Positions 57,066-64,000 of a DNA stretch of 64,000 nucleotides are shown here, in pieces. Source of the DNA: a virus. Below the pieces are notes generated by a model. That model did no database searches and was not told the DNA's origin. It saw only the letters and a program-made list of their open reading frames with translations. The stretch's first letter is position 1. The number at the start of each line of letters is the position of its first letter. The stretch spans positions 64,001-128,000 of the IMG/VR virus record IMGVR_UViG_3300013126_000010, one strand, 5' to 3'. Made by a program: the position numbers and the translations under genes.

Positions 57066-57253
57066 TATAGCAATGATCCCACAACAATCCCAATGGCAAC
57101 ACCGACACTAAGCATGAAAACAAACCATCCATTCAATCCACGTAAAAATCTAGCATGGTCTGTATGATAATCAAATTTTGCATACAAAAATCCACAAACT
57201 ACAATCAATATTGCAATTAAAACAGCCATCATGTTTCCTATTTTTCAATTATA

Positions 57254-57337
57254 TGGTAGGTCAGGTGAGAGTCGAACTCACAATCCTTCCGGCAATGCGA
57301 TCTAAGCGCATCGTGTATGCCATTCCACCACTGACCC
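57254..57337 (-). tRNA. tRNA-Leu(UAG)
   Basis: GGGUCAG/CUGACCU-A-CCA; AUGCG-CU UAG AU-CGCAU; long variable arm; UUCGACU T loop. Confidence 0.92.
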
Positions 57338-57338
57338 A

Positions 57339-57662
57339 TTATATATTTCGTTCTTTTGAATTATCAAAAATTTGTAAAAACTTATTACCATCAGTATGGG
57401 TATCAACTAATATCATGGTGTATTCTTCTCCACGATATACCCATTTATTTAAAAATCGTTGAGTATATATCTCATTACGATAATAATTTCCATCAGAATC
57501 AAGATCTTCTTCAGTTTCAGAAAAAATCACATTATCATTATTTTGTATTCGCCAGAAATAATCCCTGGCATCATCAAATGGATATATACACCAATCTTCT
57601 TTATATCCAAAATATTGAAATATTTGATTTCTAAGACTTTGTTCTTGATCTAATAGATTCAT
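57339..57662 (-). CDS. hypothetical protein
   Basis: 107-aa ORF. Confidence 0.7.
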   Translation of the reverse strand: MNLLDQEQSLRNQIFQYFGYKEDWCIYPFDDARDYFWRIQNNDNVIFSETEEDLDSDGNYYRNEIYTQRFLNKWVYRGEEYTMILVDTHTDGNKFLQIFDNSKERNI

Positions 57663-58042
57663 TATTTAATAGTTATTTCACTAGGTAAAGTCCACATGGC
57701 ACCAGTGAATGGATCAATTAATACCATCCCAATTATGCCGCCAACCAACAAATTGCCAAAATACCAATTATTCAAGGAACTATCAATAATTCCTAACCCA
57801 ACATGCTCATTATTTTTATCTAAAACATCAACATGATAGGTTGATTTTTGAAAATATCCATTACCAGTTGATAATGAAACTGTTGCTGGAATATTTCCTT
57901 TATAAATGATGGAATTATCGGAATTGGTGATAACTGCTTTCGCATCACCGGTATGTTTAATTGATACTTCTTGTACAGAACCACTAATTATTGTAGCACA
58001 TCCTGATAAAAATAACAAACTTAATGCAAATATCTTTTTCAT
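57662..58042 (-). CDS. lipoprotein
   Basis: Lipobox LSGC. Confidence 0.75.
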   Translation of the reverse strand: MKKIFALSLLFLSGCATIISGSVQEVSIKHTGDAKAVITNSDNSIIYKGNIPATVSLSTGNGYFQKSTYHVDVLDKNNEHVGLGIIDSSLNNWYFGNLLVGGIIGMVLIDPFTGAMWTLPSEITIK

Positions 58043-58079
58043 AAAAATCTCCTAAAATAATATTTATGAAGATTTCAGG

Positions 58080-58286
58080 TTATTTCCATAATATGAGAGT
58101 ATTAAAAAACCAAACAATTATTACAACAATTATACTAACAACCCAAATGGTCCATTCTGTTGATGTAGCACCATATTCTTTGAAAATTTTGTATGCTCTA
58201 CCTAATGTTGCTAAAAAATATATGGCTGCAACTGTTATAACAATACTACCAAATAATTTTGATTGTAAAAAATCTAATATGTTCAT
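58080..58286 (-). CDS. small membrane protein
   Basis: Two TM helices. Confidence 0.55.
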   Translation of the reverse strand: MNILDFLQSKLFGSIVITVAAIYFLATLGRAYKIFKEYGATSTEWTIWVVSIIVVIIVWFFNTLILWK

Positions 58287-58394
58287 AATATTTACTCAGG
58301 TTATTAGTAATTTGGATATATCATTTTTCCCACTCTACCACAGTGTATTACTAGGAGATATAATTATGCTGAAAATAACCTATTATTCATCATA

Positions 58395-58598
58395 TCATGT
58401 TTTTGTCACATGTAATGACGCTACATTATCATGAATTACAACATTTGATGTTACTTGTTGTAATTCCAAATCAATCCCTCTAATAATTTCATCTTCGATA
58501 TTAATGTTGTAATATTCTTTTAAATCTATGCTAGCTTCTTCTGTATAGCGAAAAGTTATACCTTTATAGTTACTTTCATGTACATGGTCGTTGTTCAT
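58395..58598 (-). CDS. hypothetical protein
   Basis: 67-aa ORF. Confidence 0.55.
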   Translation of the reverse strand: MNNDHVHESNYKGITFRYTEEASIDLKEYYNINIEDEIIRGIDLELQQVTSNVVIHDNVASLHVTKT

Positions 58599-58616
58599 AC
58601 CTTATCCTTCAATATG

Positions 58617-58883
58617 TTATCCCCAAACAGTTCCCCATGATTTATCTGAATATAATCTAAACATCATATAATCAGAATGATCACGACTATCCTGTTCTAC
58701 ATACCAACATTCATAAGGTTGGTCTTCATCATCAACATCATCCTTATGGTCATATCTTTCAATCAATTTAATAGTGGCACCTAATTTATTGAAAATATAA
58801 ATTATGGTGTCTTTTACTGATCCATTGACCAATGATGTTCCAATTTGGTCATAATCATCAATCATTTCTGCCATCGTATTCAT
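58617..58883 (-). CDS. hypothetical protein
   Basis: 88-aa acidic ORF. Confidence 0.6.
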   Translation of the reverse strand: MNTMAEMIDDYDQIGTSLVNGSVKDTIIYIFNKLGATIKLIERYDHKDDVDDEDQPYECWYVEQDSRDHSDYMMFRLYSDKSWGTVWG

Positions 58884-59209
58884 TATGAATCCTTAATTAA
58901 TAATCTATCAATGTTTTGTTCCATTAATTGACTAATTCGTTTATGATCGGTATATGGGTTATCTAACCAATGTGAATATTTTAATCTGAAAAATGTTTCT
59001 TTTTGTTGATCATAGATTGTAACGGCCCATATTTGTATACCATCAAACCCACTAGCAGCTAATAATATTCCTTGCCATCCTACCCCTTTTCTGAAATGGT
59101 GGGTATGTTTTACTTCTGGACCAACGTTACTAATCAAATATGAAAAGGTTTCAGTAATTCTATTTTCATAGTCATGATCATATTGCACATTACCGTATAT
59201 TACTAACAT
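58883..59209 (-). CDS. hypothetical protein (FxLKY motif)
   Basis: 108-aa ORF. Confidence 0.6.
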   Translation of the reverse strand: MLVIYGNVQYDHDYENRITETFSYLISNVGPEVKHTHHFRKGVGWQGILLAASGFDGIQIWAVTIYDQQKETFFRLKYSHWLDNPYTDHKRISQLMEQNIDRLLIKDS

Positions 59210-59333
59210 TATTTCATATATTGATTCAAGTTAAAATTATTATAGCATGGTTTATTTAAATATTATACGTTAATTAATGGTATATTTATCGAAGATACTA
59301 CATATAGTATAGTGTGACCAATAATGCCACTAG

Positions 59334-59413
59334 AGCTAGGGGTGAGATTCGAACTCACGATGTGGTATTCCTCGTTACAAGGGAGGTACAATCGGCCACT
59401 ATGTGACCCTAGC
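59334..59413 (-). tRNA. tRNA-Thr(UGU), CCA not encoded
   Basis: GCUAGGG/CCCUAGC; CU UGU AA loop; GUGAG-UUCGAAU-CUCAC T arm; enlarged variable region. Confidence 0.7.
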
Positions 59414-59446
59414 TCTAGTAGCACTACGGTATGTTAAAGTATTTTG

Positions 59447-59518
59447 CTCCCCCATCTCGATTCGAACGAGACTCACGATGCTTAACAGGCATGCCGCACA
59501 CCTAGTGCGTTCAGGGGA
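59447..59518 (-). tRNA. tRNA-Asn(GUU), CCA not encoded
   Basis: UCCCCUG/UGGGGGA-G; CU GUU AA loop; UCUCG-UUCGAAU-CGAGA T arm. Confidence 0.8.
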
Positions 59519-59566
59519 GCAAAATACTCTATTCTTTATTATAGCATTTATTTATCAAAAATGCAA

Positions 59567-59655
59567 CAGGATGATATCATTTTGCGGGAACTATGGATTC
59601 AAACCATACAAACGCTTCCACTAGCGGTTCTCGATTAGATTGCAGTAATCATCCT
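59567..59655 (-). ncRNA. family element 4 enclosing an anticodon-less tRNA mimic
   Basis: AGGAUGAU/AUCAUCCU stem; D arm CGCU-AGUGGA-AGCG joined to T arm UAUGG-UUUGAAU-CCAUA. Confidence 0.7.
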
Positions 59656-59663
59656 ACAATTTC

Positions 59664-59692
59664 ATTATAGCATATAAAATGATTATATGCAA
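59664..59692 (-). promoter_or_regulatory. sigma70-type promoter for element 4
   Basis: TTGCAT-17-TATAAT; predicted +1 within about 2 nt of the AGG start. Confidence 0.7.
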
Positions 59693-59699
59693 GTCTTAT

Positions 59700-60260
59700 T
59701 TAATCGAAAAAATTATACCAGACAGTTGGGCCTGATTCATCCAAAAATTTAGTGGAATATCCACTTCCAAATCTTTCAAATAGATAGCATTTATCGATAT
59801 CCATTAATGTTCCTGAATATGGTTCAATCTCTCCAGAAGATTTATTTAAAATAGAAACTTTCATTATATGATGATTAACGATTGATTTAATCAAACTCTC
59901 ACCTTTATTAAAAATTGCACCATCTGCGATAATAGGATAATCAGATTCTTCTTTTACTGAAAATATCAGCCATTTTATAGCAGATGTGTTTCTATATTCT
60001 GGAAATACATAAATCATGTCAACATTATTATACATAATATGATTTATAGAAACGGATGATAATTTTATTAATCCTAATATAGTATTAGATTCTTTAACTA
60101 ACAGATAGGTATTATTATTTTTATATAATGCAATATTATCATTTACTTCTACAATTTTAGATGATCCGACAAAATAATTATCATACACCCATTTATATGA
60201 TATTTTAGAATCATCAAATGATCCAGCTGAAAATGATTCTATTATTTCGTTAAATCTCAT
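59700..60260 (-). CDS. possible GNAT-fold late protein
   Basis: MRFNEIIE N-terminus; IYVFPEYRN; ATAAATA at 60285-60291. Confidence 0.55.
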   Translation of the reverse strand: MRFNEIIESFSAGSFDDSKISYKWVYDNYFVGSSKIVEVNDNIALYKNNNTYLLVKESNTILGLIKLSSVSINHIMYNNVDMIYVFPEYRNTSAIKWLIFSVKEESDYPIIADGAIFNKGESLIKSIVNHHIMKVSILNKSSGEIEPYSGTLMDIDKCYLFERFGSGYSTKFLDESGPTVWYNFFD

Positions 60261-60309
60261 TAAATTATACCATAAATTGTATCATATTTATCACTAAAAC
60301 TATTATCAA

Positions 60310-60790
60310 GGATACACTGGGTTTTTACCAATAACACTTGGTCAGTATGTGCATAACATCCCGAATAATCTAGTTTAGGGAACCACCCCGTCACGTTGAT
60401 TACCGATAAGCAGGAATCGTTCACCTGCATCGTATCCCGATAATAGTTCTATATAATTTGGTGGATTGTTTTTTCGTTACTGTATAAGTACAATCCACCT
60501 AAAACTTATTTGCTATTACTTATGCAGTAATAGCAAATCCAGCATAAACGTCATCGTTTGCGTTTAATTTTTTGATTTTTACATCTTTCTCGATGATTCT
60601 AAATTATTCTTTCTCAACCACGTCGAAAACCTTTCATCCCCATAATAAGAGCATTGTTGCTATAATTAGGATTGGGTTCAGGTGTTATCGCTAACAAGGG
60701 AGTTCAATGCCCTTATTGTGGAGATGGGCGTATCGAAACGCCGTCCGCAATTTTTACTTAAATAATCTTTCAGCCATTTCTAGCAACGAA
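60310..60790 (-). ncRNA. ssrA: circularly permuted (two-piece) tmRNA; outer boundaries approximate
   Basis: Acceptor piece GGAC-GGCGU UUCGAU ACGCC-CAUCUCC-A (about 60790-60719) precedes coding piece GGGGAUG AAAGGUUUUCGAC (from 60641); G3.U70; tag ANDDVYAGFAITA* at 60561-60520. Confidence 0.88.
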
Positions 60791-60795
60791 TTCTT

Positions 60796-60996
60796 TTAAT
60801 CATCATCTATTTCATCATCTGTGCTTGCACGAATAATCATAGTATCACATGAACATAATAATTCATATGCTTTCTCAAATGTCCCTTCCAGCCAAAATAT
60901 TTTTTTGGAGCAAGTATGACATTCAAATACAACACATCCTGTAGTAATATCACATATATTTTTAAACTGTATTTTAAATGTTTCAAAATCAATCAT
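60796..60996 (-). CDS. hypothetical protein
   Basis: 66-aa ORF with CxxC. Confidence 0.55.
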   Translation of the reverse strand: MIDFETFKIQFKNICDITTGCVVFECHTCSKKIFWLEGTFEKAYELLCSCDTMIIRASTDDEIDDD

Positions 60997-61135
60997 ATCG
61001 TTATGTTTTTAATAATATTCTATTGTTGCATGATCGAGTCAGATCATCAACGAATTTATATAAGAATACTGTTACATCTGTGAACCAGATAATGACCATC
61101 ATTTTTATAATGATGACCACCAGTATTCTATAATT

Positions 61136-61789
61136 TTAATCTTTACCACTTAATGACAACAGTATTTGAAGAATGTTCAAGAACATATTCAAAATATCCA
61201 AATATAGTTGGACAGTTGCTCTAATGTAATTAGTTTCACCACCATTAATAATTTCACTGGTGTCATACAATATAAATCCAGAGAATATTACAACGGCGGC
61301 AAATGATACCATCAATTGTAATCCAGGAATATGAAATATAATCCCTGCAATACTGACCACGATTAGACCGATCAATGCTACGAATAATGTTCCACCTAAA
61401 AATCCAAAATCTTTCTTAGTGATGGTCACATAAGACGATAATGCGATGAATACAAGAGCAGTAAGACCGAATGCATATGCGATTAGTTCTGGACCATTAA
61501 CAAACTGTTCAGTAACTTGATGCAGTACTGGTCCAAGTGTTAATCCTTCAAATCCAGTGAACAACAGTACACAAACCAACCCAAGTGATGATTCTGCAGT
61601 TGCCATTGTAAGAAATAACAATCCAATTGCTACTATCAATTGCACCCATATATTAATGGGTTCGATATTCATCAGTACTGCCACCCAAGCTGAAATGGCT
61701 GTGTTGAGTAATGTACCGGATAATAACCAGTATGTATTACGTAGTACTTTGTTCGTTTCGAAAGTTGAATCTATTGTTGTAGCTGCCAT
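61136..61789 (-). CDS. yccA: Bax inhibitor-1/YccA family membrane protein
   Basis: NKVLRNTYWLL, FTGFEGLTLGP, TKKDFGFLG, ILYDTS.II.GGETNY, LYLDILN. Confidence 0.93.
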   Translation of the reverse strand: MAATTIDSTFETNKVLRNTYWLLSGTLLNTAISAWVAVLMNIEPINIWVQLIVAIGLLFLTMATAESSLGLVCVLLFTGFEGLTLGPVLHQVTEQFVNGPELIAYAFGLTALVFIALSSYVTITKKDFGFLGGTLFVALIGLIVVSIAGIIFHIPGLQLMVSFAAVVIFSGFILYDTSEIINGGETNYIRATVQLYLDILNMFLNILQILLSLSGKD

Positions 61790-61927
61790 TTAAAATTCCT
61801 ATATTGTTAAGATTTATTTATTATAACATGATGTAAAAATATCAGCAGATGATGACTAGTCATCTGTACCCATTGTACTGCACTCCTGGGTGGAAGTCAT
61901 TTAGTCACTGACATTAAATTTAGTATA

Positions 61928-62218
61928 TCATACTCCAAAGTATGTTGTCAACTCGTTTATCATTATAACTGGCTGTTCATTTTCAGTAAATATTTTAGGA
62001 ATTACGTGCTGATACATATATACATCTTCTTGAATATTTGATAATTCGGTTGGATTATATATCCTATAAAGATCATCAGTAAAATTATTGGTGTGTTCAT
62101 GATGATACTCATAGAATTCATAAAAACTATTAATTATAGAATCCCCTTTCAAAATATCCATTAGTTTTTTACGAGAATTTACTGTTATTTCAGCAAGTCT
62201 CATATACCCCATCCCCAT
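61928..62218 (-). CDS. hypothetical protein
   Basis: 96-aa ORF. Confidence 0.55.
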   Translation of the reverse strand: MGMGYMRLAEITVNSRKKLMDILKGDSIINSFYEFYEYHHEHTNNFTDDLYRIYNPTELSNIQEDVYMYQHVIPKIFTENEQPVIMINELTTYFGV

Positions 62219-62385
62219 TTTTCTGAATGTTCTTTGACTTTTTTATTTGCCAGCATCATTTGATCAATCAATGATTGTAATTCTTCATCTGACATTTTTT
62301 TTAAGTTTGGATTTAATTTATTTCCATATACATCGAACATATCTTCAGTATTAACACTGTCATCATCATTTAATTCATTTATCAT
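62200..62385 (-). CDS. hypothetical protein
   Basis: 61-aa ORF. Confidence 0.55.
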   Translation of the reverse strand: MINELNDDDSVNTEDMFDVYGNKLNPNLKKMSDEELQSLIDQMMLANKKVKEHSEKWGWGI

Positions 62386-62397
62386 GACAAATTTTCC

Positions 62398-62595
62398 TTA
62401 TTTTCTAAATCGTGGCATGTTACCAATATAACCATCAGGAATAAAGCATTCAAGCATTGGGATAAGAGTACTTAGTTCAATTACTGGTGTTTTTTCTACT
62501 AATTTATATTCACCATCTATTAAAAGATAATATACATCATCAACATGATGATCCAATTGTGGTTGGAATATTGTTTTTAGGTCTGTTAACGTCAT
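62398..62595 (-). CDS. hypothetical protein
   Basis: 65-aa ORF. Confidence 0.55.
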   Translation of the reverse strand: MTLTDLKTIFQPQLDHHVDDVYYLLIDGEYKLVEKTPVIELSTLIPMLECFIPDGYIGNMPRFRK

Positions 62596-62644
62596 TTTTA
62601 TATAAACCTGTTGTTCATATGTTATTTTCTAAATAGTGGCACGA

Positions 62645-63037
62645 TCAATAGATTTTATTCATTATTTCATTAAAGACATCATTGTCTGTATAAGTTTGAT
62701 AATCTACTGTAAAATCAAAAACATCGCTTATGTCGTTACCGAATACATTAATTAATGCAGTTCTCCACTCATTCATACAGGAATCATACTCAGATGGATC
62801 GATTTCATATGAAGTATAACCAATACTATTAATCCCGTCAGCTGGTCTACATGAAAAATCATGAACTCCATATTTAGACTCTAGTTCATCAATAATTTCT
62901 TCACATTCTTCTGATGGTTCAAAGAAGAAATCTTCAAAAAACTCAGATTCGGCATTAAATAAAAAACCTTTCCAGGTGTGTTGTTTGGTTTTTTGATTGT
63001 AAAAGTTAAAATAGAATACTGAATTATGTGTTGGCAT
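62645..63037 (-). CDS. hypothetical acidic protein
   Basis: 130-aa ORF downstream of a promoter. Confidence 0.65.
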   Translation of the reverse strand: MPTHNSVFYFNFYNQKTKQHTWKGFLFNAESEFFEDFFFEPSEECEEIIDELESKYGVHDFSCRPADGINSIGYTSYEIDPSEYDSCMNEWRTALINVFGNDISDVFDFTVDYQTYTDNDVFNEIMNKIY

Positions 63038-63062
63038 GATATTTACCTAATTGATGTAAGTG

Positions 63063-63203
63063 TTATTTTATTTTACCATGGTTATCATCGTTTGGCAAGT
63101 CTTTTTTATCTTTTTTACCCCAAATTCTATCCCAGTTGTCGTCGAATTTTTTCTTATCTACTGGTCTAGGCTTTGAACCTTTACCACCTTCCCATTGTGA
63201 CAT
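63063..63203 (-). CDS. 46-aa small protein (GKGSKPRPVDKKKFDDNWDRIW), not in the ORF track
   Basis: Manual translation; fills the gap next to the upstream stop. Confidence 0.55.
   Translation of the reverse strand: MSQWEGGKGSKPRPVDKKKFDDNWDRIWGKKDKKDLPNDDNHGKIK
63070..63098 (-). promoter_or_regulatory. sigma70-type promoter
   Basis: TTGCCA-17-TAAAAT with extended -10 TG. Confidence 0.6.
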
Positions 63204-63204
63204 A

Positions 63205-63414
63205 TTATCCCCATTTTAATAAAAATAATGTTTCATGATTTGGATTTTCAAAAGAGAATGTCCTATATGGTGGATTTCGAATGGCAACGGGAGAGATCCA
63301 TTCTGTATAATAACCAATCCCTATATTTTCGTTTAACCATTGGTCCAAATCTTCACCATTTTGGGTTATTTCCCAAATTTTATCATTATTGATGCGTATT
63401 TTATTTATCGACAT
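63205..63414 (-). CDS. hypothetical protein with C-terminal FxLKW motif
   Basis: 69-aa ORF. Confidence 0.6.
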   Translation of the reverse strand: MSINKIRINNDKIWEITQNGEDLDQWLNENIGIGYYTEWISPVAIRNPPYRTFSFENPNHETLFLLKWG

Positions 63415-63611
63415 ACTTCTGCATCATATTCTTTTTCAGTCATGCAAATGATTTTAACAGTATGAAAATGATTTGCCAATACATCATCTTTCAGTCTATC
63501 TTTTTCGGCATCTTCAAAATTGAAGTAGAACTTTTCAGTGGTTTTGTGCATATCAGAATAAATGATACCATCTTTTCGTTTTTGCATTATTACATAAACT
63601 TCATATGCCAT
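63405..63611 (-). CDS. hypothetical protein
   Basis: 68-aa ORF. Confidence 0.6.
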   Translation of the reverse strand: MAYEVYVIMQKRKDGIIYSDMHKTTEKFYFNFEDAEKDRLKDDVLANHFHTVKIICMTEKEYDAEVCR

Positions 63612-63820
63612 TATACTAACTCACTTAATTTGTCAACAGCTGATTCAATATTGTCAATGGCTTCATCACAATTATTTAAATGATCTTTAACTTCATATAA
63701 CAATTCACGCAATTTATCACGTTCTTTTGACAATGATTCTTTGTGTTTTGTCAATTCTTTGATAGCTTTATCGATATTGTTTGTTTTTTTCATAATTATA
63801 TACAGGTTGATGTTTTTCAC
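63611..63820 (-). CDS. small coiled-coil protein
   Basis: 69-aa ORF. Confidence 0.6.
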   Translation of the reverse strand: MKNINLYIIMKKTNNIDKAIKELTKHKESLSKERDKLRELLYEVKDHLNNCDEAIDNIESAVDKLSELV

Positions 63821-63824
63821 ATTT

Positions 63825-63857
63825 CAGGTATGATTGTTTATTTGCGGTAATCAACCT
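63825..63857 (-). ncRNA. family element 5 (minimal stem-loop)
   Basis: AGGUUGAUU ACCGCAA AUAAAC AAUCAUACCUG. Confidence 0.6.
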
Positions 63858-63864
63858 AAATTAG

Positions 63865-63988
63865 CAGGATAGTTTTTATACGTTGCTCTACCAGTCTGAG
63901 CTAACTTCTCCATAGTATTTGGGAGAAGTATGGGATTTGAACCCATGACCAACGGCTTAACAGGCTATTTAATTGCTGTAACTATCCT
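63865..63988 (-). ncRNA. family element 6: circularly permuted tRNA inside the closing stem (YrlA-like topology)
   Basis: AGGAUAGUU/AACUAUCCU 9 bp; order CUGUUAA loop, T arm AUGGG-UUCAAAU-CCCAU, acceptor ACUUCUCC-loop-GGAGAAGU, D arm GCUC-AGACUGGUA-GAGC. Confidence 0.8.
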
Positions 63989-64000
63989 AATTCATAATTT

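Noticed and set aside
57254-57337. Amber suppressor tRNA
   Set aside because: The anticodon is 5'-UAG-3', which reads CUA (Leu); a suppressor would need CUA

Overview
This window is a 64-kb segment of an AT-rich, densely coding jumbo myophage genome, with almost all genes on the minus strand. The gene set resembles the distantly T4-related Rak2/GAP32-type jumbo phages (inference from recalled family content, not a search). A proteobacterial host is suggested by sigma70-consensus promoters, YccA, a pilin-like gene and a CxxCH protein. From left to right it holds: a replication block (RNase H/5' exonuclease, SSB, clamp, PolB); a late operon of probable internal head proteins plus a CHAP hydrolase; ClpA, an A1-like protein, a J-protein, PhoH, clamp loader, MazG, GroES and a mini-DnaE; tail and baseplate genes; a holin/lipoprotein cassette; ligase, ClpP and IF-1; and an RNA-rich accessory region. 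The most unusual signals are non-coding. (1) A DUF2828/TROVE-vWA (Ro60-like) gene is split in two by an antisense Seg-type endonuclease. (2) Six RNA elements share an AGG..AC(A/U/C)GCAA..CCUG closing stem; one encloses a circularly permuted tRNA (YrlA-like topology) and one a tRNA lacking its anticodon arm. (3) There is a circularly permuted two-piece tmRNA with tag ANDDVYAGFAITA. (4) There is an array of decayed tRNA-Cys-like units. (5) A covarying leader motif precedes both Seg-type endonucleases. (6) A secreted CxxCH protein has an in-frame UGA in a hairpin loop. All protein calls are by motif recognition only.
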